Below are positions 22,229 to 33,055 of a stretch of DNA of 64,000 bases, piece by piece. The DNA comes from an uncultured delta proteobacterium (GTDB lineage: Bacteria > Desulfobacterota > Desulfobacteria > Desulfobacterales > QNYZ01): positions 128,001 to 192,000 of the forward strand of contig CAWJQU010000008.1 of NCBI GenBank assembly GCA_963845145.1. Direction: 5' to 3'. The position numbers and the translations under genes are program-made. The notes beneath the pieces were generated by a model. The model made no database searches and was not told where the DNA came from. It worked only from the letters and a program-made list of their open reading frames with translations. Positions within the stretch are counted from its first letter, which is position 1; the number at the start of each line of letters is the position of its first letter.

Positions 22229-23710
22229 TCAGCCGGCATCTGGCCGCATATGCGGAAAAAGAATCACTTCCCGAATGGAAGCGGAATCGGTAAAAAGCAT
22301 TGCCATCCGGTCGATGCCGACCCCCTCACCGGCCGTCGGTGGCATCCCGTATTCCAAGGCCTCGATATAGTCTTCATCCATCTGGTGGGCCTCTGCATCA
22401 CCGGCCTGACGATCGGCCACCTGTTGCATAAACCGGCCTTTCTGATCATCCGGATCATTAAGTTCCGAAAATCCGTTGGCAATTTCGTTACCGGCGATAA
22501 AAAGCTCGAACCGGTCGGTCAGTTCCGGAAACGCGTCGGATCTTCTTGAAAGGGGTGACACTTCCACCGGATAGCCGGTAATAAAGGTGGGCTGAACGAG
22601 TTTCGGTTCAACCAGGACATCAAAAAGTTTGGTGACGATTTTACCCAATCGTCCGGTCTTGTTCATTTGGATCTCTTTTTGGGCCGCAAGATTAAGCAAA
22701 GCCTCCTTATCGTTCAAAAGGGATCGGTCCACCCCGCCAATGGATTCAAGCGCATCGGCCAAAGTCATTTGTTGCCAGGGTGATTTAAAATCGATGGTTT
22801 GCCCCTGGTAGGAGATTTCGAGCGATCCGGTAACGGCATTGGCGACACTTTGAAACATCTGTTCCGTCAACGCTATCAAATCCTGATAGTTGGCATACGC
22901 CTGGTAAAATTCCAACATGGTAAACTCAGGATTGTGACGGGTCGAGATACCTTCATTGCGGAAATTACGATTAATCTCAAACACCCTTTCAAAACCACCC
23001 ACCACCAATCGTTTCAAATAAAGTTCCGGCGCAATCCGCAGGTAAAGATCCATCCCCAAGGCCTGGTGATGGGTGACAAAGGGCGTCGCCTCCGCTCCGC
23101 CGGCAACGGGTTGCATCATCGGCGTTTCCACTTCCAGAAATTCACGTTCAAGCAAGAACTGCCGAATCGTCTGGACAATGCGCGCCCGTTTAATAAAAAT
23201 ATCCCTCGCCGACGGGTTCATGATCAGATCCAGATAGCGCCGTCGATAACGTTTTTCCGGGTCCCGAATCCCGTGAAACTTTTCCGGTAAAGGGCGTATC
23301 GCTTTGCACACCAGTTGCAGCTGTTCGGCCAAAAGTGTCCATTCGCCGGTACGGGTCTGAAACAATTTACCGGTAAAACCGATAAAATCCCCCACATCAA
23401 ACTGTCCGAACAATAGAAATGCGTCTTCCCCGACCTGATCCTTACGGACATAGGCCTGAAGCTGACCGGTGCGATCCCTGAACCGGATAAATGCCGATTT
23501 GCCGAAGCTGTTGATGGCCATAATTCTGCCCGTCAACGCATAACGAGATTCACTTTCGGCCAGCTTGTCGCTTTCGCTGTCGATAAGTGCTTCGATATCC
23601 CTTATCGTATGCGTAATATTTATCTGGTTGGGATAAGGGTTGGTCCCTTGTGCTCTCAGAGCGGCCGCCTTTTCCCTACGAACCTTTATTTCGTTATTCG
23701 ATTTTTCCAT
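22229..23710 (-). CDS. lysS: Lysine--tRNA ligase (class II)
   Basis: LRIAPELYLKRL, FRNEG, YGMPPTAGEGVGIDR. Confidence 0.97.
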   Translation of the reverse strand: MEKSNNEIKVRREKAAALRAQGTNPYPNQINITHTIRDIEALIDSESDKLAESESRYALTGRIMAINSFGKSAFIRFRDRTGQLQAYVRKDQVGEDAFLLFGQFDVGDFIGFTGKLFQTRTGEWTLLAEQLQLVCKAIRPLPEKFHGIRDPEKRYRRRYLDLIMNPSARDIFIKRARIVQTIRQFLLEREFLEVETPMMQPVAGGAEATPFVTHHQALGMDLYLRIAPELYLKRLVVGGFERVFEINRNFRNEGISTRHNPEFTMLEFYQAYANYQDLIALTEQMFQSVANAVTGSLEISYQGQTIDFKSPWQQMTLADALESIGGVDRSLLNDKEALLNLAAQKEIQMNKTGRLGKIVTKLFDVLVEPKLVQPTFITGYPVEVSPLSRRSDAFPELTDRFELFIAGNEIANGFSELNDPDDQKGRFMQQVADRQAGDAEAHQMDEDYIEALEYGMPPTAGEGVGIDRMAMLFTDSASIREVILFPHMRPDAG

Positions 23711-24133
23711 TTGGATTTATTTCATTTTTTTATTTAGTGCACATAATCAGAAAACGTAAAAGCGATTGCATTCGTTTATTATCTATCTATAATGATTAAA
23801 AAATCAATTCTCTGCTGGTCCGCCGATTTGATCGAACTGGATTGATCAAATCGGCTTGTTTTAAATAGATAATCCTTGAGATTATATTTTTCAAACATGA
23901 GTGTCAAGCAGCAAAATGAGCGCTGTGACAGTCTTCAGTGATGTGCCGCTTTGCCCCTGCCGCTACAATCACTGGTGTTAATGCTCCAATCGCTATTTTC
24001 CGAAGAATCGTTTGCCGTTATTCCGCCTACTGCTTCAGGTTTTTCAAGTCATGCGTTGACAAATGGAAACGGCTGATCTAATCATAAATGTGATCAGAAA
24101 TATTACTTGTTTCATGCATGATGGGAGCTACCA

Positions 24134-24829
24134 TTGGGGAAAAAAACGCCCAAAAGAGGGGCCGCTGGCGGGGTCGTCGTCCAGACGAAAAAGGCGTATG
24201 AAGGCATCCGCAAGCTACTGTTCCATAATGAGATTGTTCCAGGCCAGAAGATCTCTTACCGTGATCTTTCCGAACGATTAGGCATGAGCCAGACACCGGT
24301 TATTCAGGCTCTCAAATGGCTTGAATTCCAGCAACTGGTGCGCCATGAACCGCATCGCGGCTACTACACGGCATCCATCAATCTGCAGGAAGTCGGAGAG
24401 ATTTACGATCTGCGCCAATTAATCGAACTGGATCTGCTGAAAACATCCTTTAAGCAGCTCGACACCGTAAAAATGAAGCGCCTGAAACAGGCCCTTGATG
24501 CGCATTTAAAGGCCTCTAAGGATGAGTATCTCTACGATCGCCTGCTTAAAGACACGGAATACCATTTGACCCTGGCCTCGCTTTCGGGTTGCATGGTCCA
24601 GCATCAAACCCTGAAAAATCTTTTTGATTTGTTATATCTCAAGTATGGCGGTAAGTTCCTTTTCTCCCTGTCCATGGAAAATGCGGATACCGATCATTTG
24701 AACTTGTTTGAACACATTGAAAAAAAAGATTTAAAGGGCGCCACCGAGGTGCTTTCCAATCATATCCTAAACGTCAAAAAACATGTACTTCGTAGTGTTG
24801 AGCAGATGTTGGACGCAACCCGTGTATAG
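24134..24829 (+). CDS. GntR/FCD family transcriptional regulator
   Basis: Winged HTH (LSERLGMSQTPVIQAL) plus FCD-like C-terminus. Confidence 0.88.
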   Translation: MGKKTPKRGAAGGVVVQTKKAYEGIRKLLFHNEIVPGQKISYRDLSERLGMSQTPVIQALKWLEFQQLVRHEPHRGYYTASINLQEVGEIYDLRQLIELDLLKTSFKQLDTVKMKRLKQALDAHLKASKDEYLYDRLLKDTEYHLTLASLSGCMVQHQTLKNLFDLLYLKYGGKFLFSLSMENADTDHLNLFEHIEKKDLKGATEVLSNHILNVKKHVLRSVEQMLDATRV

Positions 24830-24940
24830 GGCCTGCCGCAGAAGTCGAGTCCGTTTTCGATTTGACAGGGTTGGCCCATTGCTCTGTGGCCGCAAACGCC
24901 CAAAATTCATGTTTAAAACGATAGTTATACATATTTTAAC

Positions 24941-24989
24941 TTGACTTAATTGTAATGGCAATATAGCTGTATTGTAGCTTATACTGCCA
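24941..24989 (+). promoter_or_regulatory. Candidate promoter/operator of the glutaryl-CoA operon
   Basis: TTGACT at 24941 followed by imperfect inverted repeat TGGCAATATAGCT-N7-AGCTTATACTGCCA. Confidence 0.4.
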
Positions 24990-25029
24990 AATAAAATGAA
25001 CGCACTGAACCTGTTATTACAATCTCAAC

Positions 25030-25077
25030 GCCCGGTTGCATCCAGACCGGGTTGAACCCAGGCCCGGTTGCATTCAG
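25030..25077. repeat. Three tandem imperfect 16-bp repeats
   Basis: GCCCGGTTGCATCCAG / ACCGGGTTGAACCCAG / GCCCGGTTGCATTCAG. Confidence 0.8.
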
Positions 25078-25149
25078 GTAAAACGGTTATTCGAATAAAT
25101 TACGAATAGGCGATTAACGCTATATCAAAAGCACATGAAAGGAGTGTCG

Positions 25150-26313
25150 ATGGATTTTTCAATGTCTAAAGAACTGGAAATGCTTAGAAAAGAAGTGCGT
25201 CGGTTTGCCGACAAAAAAATTGCCCCCAATGCCGACCAATGGGATGCGGATCACTATTTTCCCTATAAGGAGGCGATTAAGCCCATGGGCGAGTTGGGCT
25301 TTTACGGTACAGTCATTCCCGAGGAATACGATGGCGACGATATGGGATGGATAGCCGCCATGATCGTTACCGAAGAAATAGCCCGGGCTTCCAGTTCTCT
25401 GCGCGTGATGGTCAACATGCAAACGCTTGGATGTGGATTCACCATATATAAGTATGGCGATGAGGCGTTACGGAAAAAATATGTTCCCAAACTGACTACC
25501 GCCGATTACGTGGGCGGATTCGGGATTACCGAGCCGGATGCAGGTTCGGATATTATGGCCATGGATTCGACGGCCGAGGACAAGGGCGACCACTGGCTGC
25601 TCAACGGCTCCAAGACATGGATTTCCAATGCGCCTTACGCCGACGTACTCATTTATTACGCTTATACGGACAAAGAAAAAGGATCAAAGGGGCTTTCGGC
25701 CTTTGTATTGGAACCCAAAAATTTCAATGGCGTTAAAACATCCGTTCTGGAAAAAACAGGATCGCACTCCTCTCCAACCGGCGAGGTTTTTCTAACCAAT
25801 ACCCGTATCCCCAAAGAAAACATTCTGGGCAAGCCGGGCGACGGCGCCAAGATCGTATTTGGTTCCCTAAATCAGACCCGTCTTTCGGCTGCCGCCGGAG
25901 CCGTCGGGGTTGCCCAGGCCTGCCTGGAACATACCCTAAAATATTGCAACGATCGAAAACAGTTCGGTAAAGCGATCGGTATGTACCAAATGAACCAGGA
26001 TCTGATTGCCCAGATGGCAACTGAAATTGAAGCCGCGCGACTTCTAGTATATAAGGCTGCCTGGAACAAGGATCAGGGTAAATTAGACAACGGGCTGGAT
26101 GTGGCCATGGCTAAATTATTCGCCGGGGAAATGGTTGCCAAATGCGTCAACTACGCCATGCGTATTTTCGGCGCCTATGGGTATTCCACCGAGTATCCCA
26201 TCGCGCGAATGTATCGGGATGCACCGACCTATTATATTGTTGAGGGGTCTACCAATATTTGCAAATGGATCATTGCCCTTGACCAACTGGGCTATCGCAA
26301 AGCAAATCGTTAG
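25150..26313 (+). CDS. acd: Glutaryl-CoA dehydrogenase, non-decarboxylating
   Basis: Closely resembles the Desulfococcus multivorans enzyme as recalled (MDFSMSKELEMLRKEV...). Val precedes the catalytic Glu (YYIVEGS). gcdA is in the same operon. Confidence 0.88.
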   Translation: MDFSMSKELEMLRKEVRRFADKKIAPNADQWDADHYFPYKEAIKPMGELGFYGTVIPEEYDGDDMGWIAAMIVTEEIARASSSLRVMVNMQTLGCGFTIYKYGDEALRKKYVPKLTTADYVGGFGITEPDAGSDIMAMDSTAEDKGDHWLLNGSKTWISNAPYADVLIYYAYTDKEKGSKGLSAFVLEPKNFNGVKTSVLEKTGSHSSPTGEVFLTNTRIPKENILGKPGDGAKIVFGSLNQTRLSAAAGAVGVAQACLEHTLKYCNDRKQFGKAIGMYQMNQDLIAQMATEIEAARLLVYKAAWNKDQGKLDNGLDVAMAKLFAGEMVAKCVNYAMRIFGAYGYSTEYPIARMYRDAPTYYIVEGSTNICKWIIALDQLGYRKANR

Positions 26314-26363
26314 TCCCTGAAAATTGAAGATGTGGATATCGACCAAGTAGAAAGGATCTTATC

Positions 26364-27152
26364 ATGGATGTGGTTGTACTGGTAAAGCAGGTACCGGATA
26401 CCGAATCTCTGATTCAGATAGAAGAGGACGGGGTCTCCTATAAAACCGAAGACGTTAAATGGGTCATGAACCCTTACGACGAACTGGGTGTAGAGGCGGC
26501 CCTTAGGATCAGAGAAGCAAAAGGGGGTACAGTAACCATTCTCTCTCTCGGTCCGGAAAAAGCAGTCGAAACCATTCGGACGGCTCTGGCCATGGGGGCT
26601 GATAAAGGGGTCCATATCTTCGACCCGAAGGCACAGGGCAGCGATGCCCTTGCCGTCGGCAAACTTCTGGCCGCTGCTATAAAGACCCTTCCTTTTGATT
26701 TGGTCATTGCCGGTATGCGCGCTGTGGATGAAGATAACTACCAGGTGGGGGCATCCGTCGCCGAATTTTTAGACATTCCTCAAATAACACAAGTAACCGA
26801 TGTGGTCGTGGAAGATCAAACAATCACATGCCACCGGGTCGTTGACGGCGGCACCCTGGTGGTCGAAACCTCCCTTCCGGCGTTATTTACCACCCAGCGG
26901 GGTTTGAACGAACCCCGCTACGCTTCCCTGCCCGGTATTATGAAGGCCAAGAAAAAACCGATCGACACCCTTACTTTGGCCGATTTGGGAATTACCCCTG
27001 ATACCGTGGGTTCCGCCGGTCGGAAAGTAAAGGTGGCCGCCTTAAATTTACCACCCGCCAGGCAAGCGGTAAAAATGATCGATGGCGAAGGCCCTTCAGA
27101 AAAAGCTGCCGCCCTGGTCAAGGTTTTGCAAGAAGAAGTGAAAGTACTTTAA
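26364..27152 (+). CDS. etfB: Electron transfer flavoprotein beta subunit
   Basis: KQVPD, NPYD, LNEPRYASLPGIMKAKKK. Confidence 0.95.
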   Translation: MDVVVLVKQVPDTESLIQIEEDGVSYKTEDVKWVMNPYDELGVEAALRIREAKGGTVTILSLGPEKAVETIRTALAMGADKGVHIFDPKAQGSDALAVGKLLAAAIKTLPFDLVIAGMRAVDEDNYQVGASVAEFLDIPQITQVTDVVVEDQTITCHRVVDGGTLVVETSLPALFTTQRGLNEPRYASLPGIMKAKKKPIDTLTLADLGITPDTVGSAGRKVKVAALNLPPARQAVKMIDGEGPSEKAAALVKVLQEEVKVL

Positions 27153-27203
27153 TCAATATGAATAGGTGAATTAGACGCTACCTTAGACATATAGGAGATG
27201 AAG

Positions 27204-28169
27204 ATGGCACAGGGCGTGTTAGTCATTTGTGAACAGCAAGATGGTGCCTTTCGTAAAATATCCACCGAGGCGGTCAGCGAGGGCCGACGACTGGCCGACA
27301 GCTTAAACACGGACTTAACCGCATTGGTCATCGGTGAAGGCGTGGCTGAAATGGCCGGCGATATTGCCAAATATGGCCCGGACACCATTCTGGTGGCGGA
27401 TGATTCGGCCCTGGCGGATTACATCACCGAATCCTACGTTTCGGTTTGCGCCCAGGCGATAGAGCCCCGGAACCCCATGGTGATCCTCATCGGTGCATCT
27501 ACCCAAGGCAAAGACCTCTCGGCGCGCCTGGCCGCCAGGCTCGACGCCGGCCTGGTCATGGATTGTATATCCCTGCGGATGGACGGCGACCAAATAATCT
27601 ATACGCGGCCGATGTTCGGGGGTAAAATTCTGACTGATGTTGAAATCATCGGGTCGCCCCATATCATAGCGATTCGATCGAATGTAATGGCCATTGACGA
27701 GTCCCCCCGGTCGGGGACGATTGATCGAATCGAAATCACGGTTGATGACCCGAAAACCAAGGTCATTGAGAAAAAGATGGAGTCCGGTGATAAAGTCGAC
27801 TTGACCGAAGCGGATGTGATTGTTTCCGGAGGACGGGGGACGGGCGGTAATTATGGCGCTATTGAAGAATTGGCCGCTCTGATGGGAGGTGCCGTAGGTG
27901 CCTCACGATCGGCAGTGGATGAAGGCTGGCGGCCCCATTCCGATCAAGTCGGACAAACGGGAAAAGTTGTATCGCCCAATTTATACATTGCTTGCGGAAT
28001 ATCAGGGGCCATACAGCATTTGGCCGGCATGTCGACGTCCAAAAATATTGTGGCCATCAACAAAGATGCCGAAGCACCCATTTTCTCAAAAGCCGACCTT
28101 GGCGTTGTCGGCGACCTGGCTGAAATCGTTCCGGAAATAATAAGCGAAATCAAAAAAATTAAAACGTAA
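27204..28169 (+). CDS. etfA: Electron transfer flavoprotein alpha subunit
   Basis: [21 protein letters not shown]. Confidence 0.95.
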   Translation: MAQGVLVICEQQDGAFRKISTEAVSEGRRLADSLNTDLTALVIGEGVAEMAGDIAKYGPDTILVADDSALADYITESYVSVCAQAIEPRNPMVILIGASTQGKDLSARLAARLDAGLVMDCISLRMDGDQIIYTRPMFGGKILTDVEIIGSPHIIAIRSNVMAIDESPRSGTIDRIEITVDDPKTKVIEKKMESGDKVDLTEADVIVSGGRGTGGNYGAIEELAALMGGAVGASRSAVDEGWRPHSDQVGQTGKVVSPNLYIACGISGAIQHLAGMSTSKNIVAINKDAEAPIFSKADLGVVGDLAEIVPEIISEIKKIKT

Positions 28170-28348
28170 GAGCCAATTTAAAAACGTTTCAGTTTGTTCA
28201 AGGTCAAGGAAGGCGATCCGCCTCAGGCGGATTAACCACAGGCGCCCCGAAGGAAGTGCCCTTGAGGTAAATACATTGGGTATTTCGAGGATTAAAATTT
28301 GAGTCTGACGCAGAGATTGGACAAAATGGGACGTTTTGAAACTGGCTC
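28170..28348. mobile_element. 179-bp MITE with 27-bp imperfect terminal inverted repeats and 4-bp GTAA target-site duplication
   Basis: Left end GAGCCAATTTAAAAACGTTTCAGTTTG; reverse complement of right end GAGCCAGTTTCAAAACGTCCCATTTTG. GTAA at 28166-28169 and 28349-28352. Confidence 0.8.
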
Positions 28349-28375
28349 GTAAGCTATTTATAAGGAACATTTACC

Positions 28376-30052
28376 GTGGACAACACGCGAGAGGAATTGC
28401 CTTTTGATGTCCTTTTTATAGGCGGCGGACCGGCCAATCTGGCCGGGGCAATCCACTTGACCCGTCTGGCAGAGAAAAAGGGCCTCGAAATCGAAGTGGG
28501 GTTGATCGAAAAAGGCGATGAAATCGGTGCCCATTCCTTAAGCGGTGCCATTCTCGATCCAGCTGCCCTTATAGAATTGATACCCGACTACAAGGACAAA
28601 GGTTGTCCTATCGAGTCGTCCGAATGCAGGGATGAATTCTACTTTCTAACGGCCCACCGGCGTCATAAGGTTCCGTTTGTTCCCAAATATCTGCACAATA
28701 AAGGGTGCCACATTATCAGCCTGTCAAAGCTTACGCGCTGGCTGGCAGACATCGCCGAATCAGCAGGCGTCAATATTTTCCCCGGCTTTGCGGGCACCGA
28801 TGTAATTTTCGATTCGAACGGCCATTCGATTTTAGGCGTGGGAACCGGAGATAAAGGGATTGATGTTGAAGGTAAGAAAAAATCGAACTATGAGCCGGGG
28901 GTCGATCTAACGGCTCGTGTGACGGTTTTCGGTGAGGGTTCCAAAGGAAGCCTGATTCGCGAAATCGACCGTAAACTTGACATTTTCCCCAAACACATGC
29001 CCCAGGTCTTTGAAACCGCCGTGAAGGAAGTCATTGAACTGCCCGAAACCAGCCCTTTTCTCCATTCCGATTCCTCGGTTGTCCACACCTTTGGCTATCC
29101 CCTGGGACTCGATACCAAAGGCGGCGCTTTTTTATACAAAATGGCCAATAACCGGATCTCACTGGGGTTGGTGGTGGGGCTTGATTATGCATCGGCCATG
29201 CTCGAGCCATACAAGTCCTTCATGCGACTAAAAAAGCACCCCTATGTTGCCGAACTCATCGCCGGAGGCAAAGTACTGCAACAAGGGGCCAAGACCCTCT
29301 CCGCCGGTGGATACTACACCATGCCCAGGTTAGCGGTAAATGGCGCCCTCTTTGTGGGAGATAGCGCCTCCATGTTGAATTCCCAGCGGCTAAAAGGGAT
29401 TCATACCGCCATGAAATCGGGGATGCTGGCAGCGGAAACCATCATCGAAGCCTTTGAAAAAGATGATTTTTCCCGCCAAACCCTCAGCCTCTATGAAAAC
29501 AAAGTCAAACGGAGCTGGATTCACACTGAGCAGTACGCAGCCCGCAATTTTTGCCAGGCTCTATCGAAAAAGGGCCCTGCCAAATTGATTCATTTAAGTG
29601 CCCAGTACATAACCGACGGACGGGGAATTAAAGACCCGATGGCCATCGAAGCCGACCACGCTGCCATGAGACCTATCGAAAAATCGGTCGGAAAATCGGT
29701 TGCTACGGATAACCCGGGCGGTGACACATATGACGGCGAACTTTATGTGGACAAGCTCACCGGCGTCTACCTGTCGGGCACAAAGCACATTGAGGACCAG
29801 CCCTGCCATCTGGTCGTGGGTGACTTCGACCTCTGTACCAACCAGTGCTATGAAGTGTATCGAAACCCGTGCACCCGATTTTGCCCTGCCCAGGTTTACG
29901 AAATGGTCGAAGAGACGCGCGGCGACAGACATCTTAAGTTGAACCCTTCCAACTGTCTGCACTGCAAGACATGTGAAATCAAGGACCCTTATCAAAATAT
30001 CACCTGGACCTGCCCGGAAGGCGGCGGCGGGCCGAAATACTCAATCACATAA
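28376..30052 (+). CDS. ETF:quinone oxidoreductase
   Basis: GGGPA FAD motif, GAHSLSGA, KGIHTAMKSG, FCPAQVYE...NCLHCKTC [4Fe-4S] motif. Confidence 0.9.
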   Translation: MDNTREELPFDVLFIGGGPANLAGAIHLTRLAEKKGLEIEVGLIEKGDEIGAHSLSGAILDPAALIELIPDYKDKGCPIESSECRDEFYFLTAHRRHKVPFVPKYLHNKGCHIISLSKLTRWLADIAESAGVNIFPGFAGTDVIFDSNGHSILGVGTGDKGIDVEGKKKSNYEPGVDLTARVTVFGEGSKGSLIREIDRKLDIFPKHMPQVFETAVKEVIELPETSPFLHSDSSVVHTFGYPLGLDTKGGAFLYKMANNRISLGLVVGLDYASAMLEPYKSFMRLKKHPYVAELIAGGKVLQQGAKTLSAGGYYTMPRLAVNGALFVGDSASMLNSQRLKGIHTAMKSGMLAAETIIEAFEKDDFSRQTLSLYENKVKRSWIHTEQYAARNFCQALSKKGPAKLIHLSAQYITDGRGIKDPMAIEADHAAMRPIEKSVGKSVATDNPGGDTYDGELYVDKLTGVYLSGTKHIEDQPCHLVVGDFDLCTNQCYEVYRNPCTRFCPAQVYEMVEETRGDRHLKLNPSNCLHCKTCEIKDPYQNITWTCPEGGGGPKYSIT

Positions 30053-30107
30053 GCCAATTGGATTTATGATAAACCGTTAACTCATTTAACCCGTTCAGGA
30101 GGTAGCA

Positions 30108-31292
30108 ATGCGTGAAGTAGTCATTTTAGGTGCTGGCCGCACGGCCGGTGGAAAATTCGGTGGTTCACTAAAAACATTGACCGCACCGGATTTCGGTGCA
30201 GCAGTCGTCAAAGAGACCATTCAGCGCGCCGGTATCTCACCGGATGCAATCGACCAAACAATTTTCGGCAATGCCTGGCAGGCAGGCGTCGGTCCTAACC
30301 CGGCCCGTCTGACCGCCGTTAAAGGCGGGGTGCCCCATGACGCACCGGCGGTATCCGTGAATGTGCGTTGCGGCTCCAGCGTTCAAGCCTTTATGATGGG
30401 AGCCCAGGCCATCAAGGCCGAAGATGTCGACACCGTGCTGGTTGGCGGCACCGAGAGTGCCAACAATGTTCCTTACGCTTTACCCAAGGCCAGATTTGGA
30501 TATCGCATGGGCAAAGGGGCTTTGGTGGATTTAATGCATCATGACGGCTTCTTGTGTCCCCTGGGTGGCGGCCTGATGGGCGAACTGACCGATACGTATG
30601 CCAAAGATTTGGGAATCACCCGCGAAGAACAGGATGAATTTGCGGCTGATTGTCATAATAAAACGGAAGCAGCGGTCAAAGCCGGAAAATTTGAGGCCGA
30701 GATCGTCCCTGTCGAAATACCGGGAAGAAAGGGTCAAGTTACGGTATTCAAAGATGAGGAAATCTACCGTGAAGGCGTCACCGCCGATTCGCTGGGCAAA
30801 TTGAGACCGGTGTTTAATCGTGACGGCACGGTCACGGCTGGTAACGCCTGTGCCCTGTGCGATGCTGCGGCGGCCCAGGTGATCATGGATCGCGAAAAAG
30901 CCAAATCATTAGGATTAGAGCCCATGGCCCTGGTTCGAGGATATGCTTTTGTCGGATATGATCCCGAACGTTTTGGCCTGTCTCCAATTAAGGCCATCCC
31001 GGCCGCATTGGATCAAGCCGGGCTCTCTTTGGCCGACATTGATCTGATCGAGTTAAATGAAGCTTTCGCGGCCCAATACATTGCCTGCGAACGCGGGCTC
31101 GATATTGATCGCAGCAAGGTTAATGTGAACGGCGGGGCCATTGCGCTGGGTCATCCCGTGGCGGCCACCGGCTCTAAAATATTAACGACACTTTTGTACG
31201 CCATGAAAGATCGCGATGTGCAGTTCGGCCTGGTAAGTGCCTGCGTCGGCGGTGGTAACGGTGTTGCACTGGTCGTTGAAAGACTCAACTAA
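30108..31292 (+). CDS. Acetyl-CoA C-acetyltransferase (thiolase)
   Basis: NVRCGSS, NEAFAAQ, GHP, CVGGG. Confidence 0.93.
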   Translation: MREVVILGAGRTAGGKFGGSLKTLTAPDFGAAVVKETIQRAGISPDAIDQTIFGNAWQAGVGPNPARLTAVKGGVPHDAPAVSVNVRCGSSVQAFMMGAQAIKAEDVDTVLVGGTESANNVPYALPKARFGYRMGKGALVDLMHHDGFLCPLGGGLMGELTDTYAKDLGITREEQDEFAADCHNKTEAAVKAGKFEAEIVPVEIPGRKGQVTVFKDEEIYREGVTADSLGKLRPVFNRDGTVTAGNACALCDAAAAQVIMDREKAKSLGLEPMALVRGYAFVGYDPERFGLSPIKAIPAALDQAGLSLADIDLIELNEAFAAQYIACERGLDIDRSKVNVNGGAIALGHPVAATGSKILTTLLYAMKDRDVQFGLVSACVGGGNGVALVVERLN

Positions 31293-31315
31293 AAAATATA
31301 GATGGAGGTATCCAC

Positions 31316-32173
31316 ATGACGATAAAAAATGTTCTCGTAATCGGCGCCGGCACCATGGGCGGCGGCATTGCCCAATTATGCGCCCAGCAGGGAATGAACG
31401 CCACAATCAGTGATATTGACCTCGCTTTGTCCGACGCGGCTAAAGCGCGCATCGAAAAGGGGCTGGCCAAACGCGTGGCCAAAGGTAAGGTAACCGAAGA
31501 CGAAAAAAACAGTATCCTTTCTAAAATTTCCACCGCCGGCGATTTATCACCGGCCAAATCGGCCGATGTCATCATTGAAAGTGTGGTCGAAAACATGGAA
31601 ATCAAAAAAAAGGTATTTGCTGAGATCGATCGTTTGGCGCCGGCGGAGACCTTTTTCGCCACCAACACCACATCCCTTTCCATTTCAGATATGGCGGCCG
31701 CCACCAATCGGCCCGAAAAAGTCATCCAGATGCACTTTTTCAATCCACCCACGATCATGAAGCTGGTTGAGATTATGCCCGGTAAAAAAACGTCACCGGA
31801 GACTGTGGCCATGGCAGAGGCCTTTGCACACCAGATGGGAAAAGACCCGGTTGTCTGTAAAAACGAAGCACCGGCCGGTATCGTCAGCCGAATCCTGGGC
31901 CAACTACTCAACGAGGCCACCTGGCTGGTCGCGTCCGGTGTCGCTGAGGCCGCCGACATAGACAAAGCGATGAAGCTCGGCGCCAATCATCCCATGGGGC
32001 CCTTACAGCTTATCGACCTCATCGGTATCGATATTCATCGTGCCAAAATGGAGACCTTGCGAACCAAACTGGACGATCCTCGCTATCAGCACCCACCGCT
32101 CATTGATGAGATGATTGAAAAAGGCGAACTGGGAAGAAAATCCGGCAAAGGGTTTCACGATTACGGAGAGTAG
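31316..32173 (+). CDS. hbd: 3-hydroxybutyryl-CoA dehydrogenase
   Basis: GAGTMGGGIAQ, TNTTSL, MHFFNP, HPMGPL. Confidence 0.88.
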   Translation: MTIKNVLVIGAGTMGGGIAQLCAQQGMNATISDIDLALSDAAKARIEKGLAKRVAKGKVTEDEKNSILSKISTAGDLSPAKSADVIIESVVENMEIKKKVFAEIDRLAPAETFFATNTTSLSISDMAAATNRPEKVIQMHFFNPPTIMKLVEIMPGKKTSPETVAMAEAFAHQMGKDPVVCKNEAPAGIVSRILGQLLNEATWLVASGVAEAADIDKAMKLGANHPMGPLQLIDLIGIDIHRAKMETLRTKLDDPRYQHPPLIDEMIEKGELGRKSGKGFHDYGE

Positions 32174-32175
32174 CC

Positions 32176-32955
32176 ATGTTTGAAAACATACTTTATGAAA
32201 CCAACGGGCCGATCGCCACAATGACCATTAACCGGCCCGATAAGATGAATGCGGTCAATAACCAGACCGTCGATGAGATCGATCAAGCCCTCGCCCTGGC
32301 TGAAAAGGATGATACCCTGAAGGTCTTCATTTTAACCGGTGCCGGCGAAAAAGCTTTCGTGGCCGGAGCGGATATCAACGAGCTAAAACTTCGCGACGCC
32401 GTTAGCGGTCGAATGGAAACCCGCCGTCGGCAGGAAGTCTATTCCCGAATTGAAGCTCTTGAAATTCCGTCCATCGCCGCGATCAACGGCTGGGCCCTGG
32501 GCACCGGACTTGAGTTGGCCATGGCCTGCACCCTACGGGTGGCGGCGACCAATGCACGTCTGGGCCAACCGGAGATCAAGTTGGGCGTCATACCGGGTGC
32601 CGGCGGCACCCAGCGGTTACCCCGGTTGGTGGGTATGGGACGGGCTATGGAAATGGTGTTGACCGGTGACCCGATCAAACCCGATCAGGCGCTGGCCATG
32701 GGTCTGGTCAATCGTGTGGTTGAACCGGATCAACTCATGGCGGAAGTTGACGCATTGGCCCAAACCTTGGTATCAAGGCCGAAGTTGGCCCTTTCCTATG
32801 CCAAGGAGGCTGTGCTAAGGTATGCTGAAGGCAGTATGGCCGAGGGGCTGGCCCACGAATCGTACCTGCACACCCTGGCGTGCGGTACCGAAGACAAAGC
32901 GGAAGGGATTGCATCCTTTCTGGAAAAACGAAAGCCCAATTTCAAGGGGCGCTAA
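32176..32955 (+). CDS. crt: Enoyl-CoA hydratase (crotonase)
   Basis: AFVAGADI, GTGLEL, PEIKLGVIPGAGGTQRL. Confidence 0.88.
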   Translation: MFENILYETNGPIATMTINRPDKMNAVNNQTVDEIDQALALAEKDDTLKVFILTGAGEKAFVAGADINELKLRDAVSGRMETRRRQEVYSRIEALEIPSIAAINGWALGTGLELAMACTLRVAATNARLGQPEIKLGVIPGAGGTQRLPRLVGMGRAMEMVLTGDPIKPDQALAMGLVNRVVEPDQLMAEVDALAQTLVSRPKLALSYAKEAVLRYAEGSMAEGLAHESYLHTLACGTEDKAEGIASFLEKRKPNFKGR

Positions 32956-33055
32956 TTGACAATCACCCAACCGGCTTGATTTCGCGTGGATAGAACTCGA
33001 GCGATTCTACCCGGCGGTTATCGATAACTGAAAACAAAAAAGGCGGAGCGGATAT

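Noticed and set aside
22229..23710. lysS as part of the lysine/Pyl system
   Set aside because: It sits in the ordinary lysS-lol-bamA housekeeping order.
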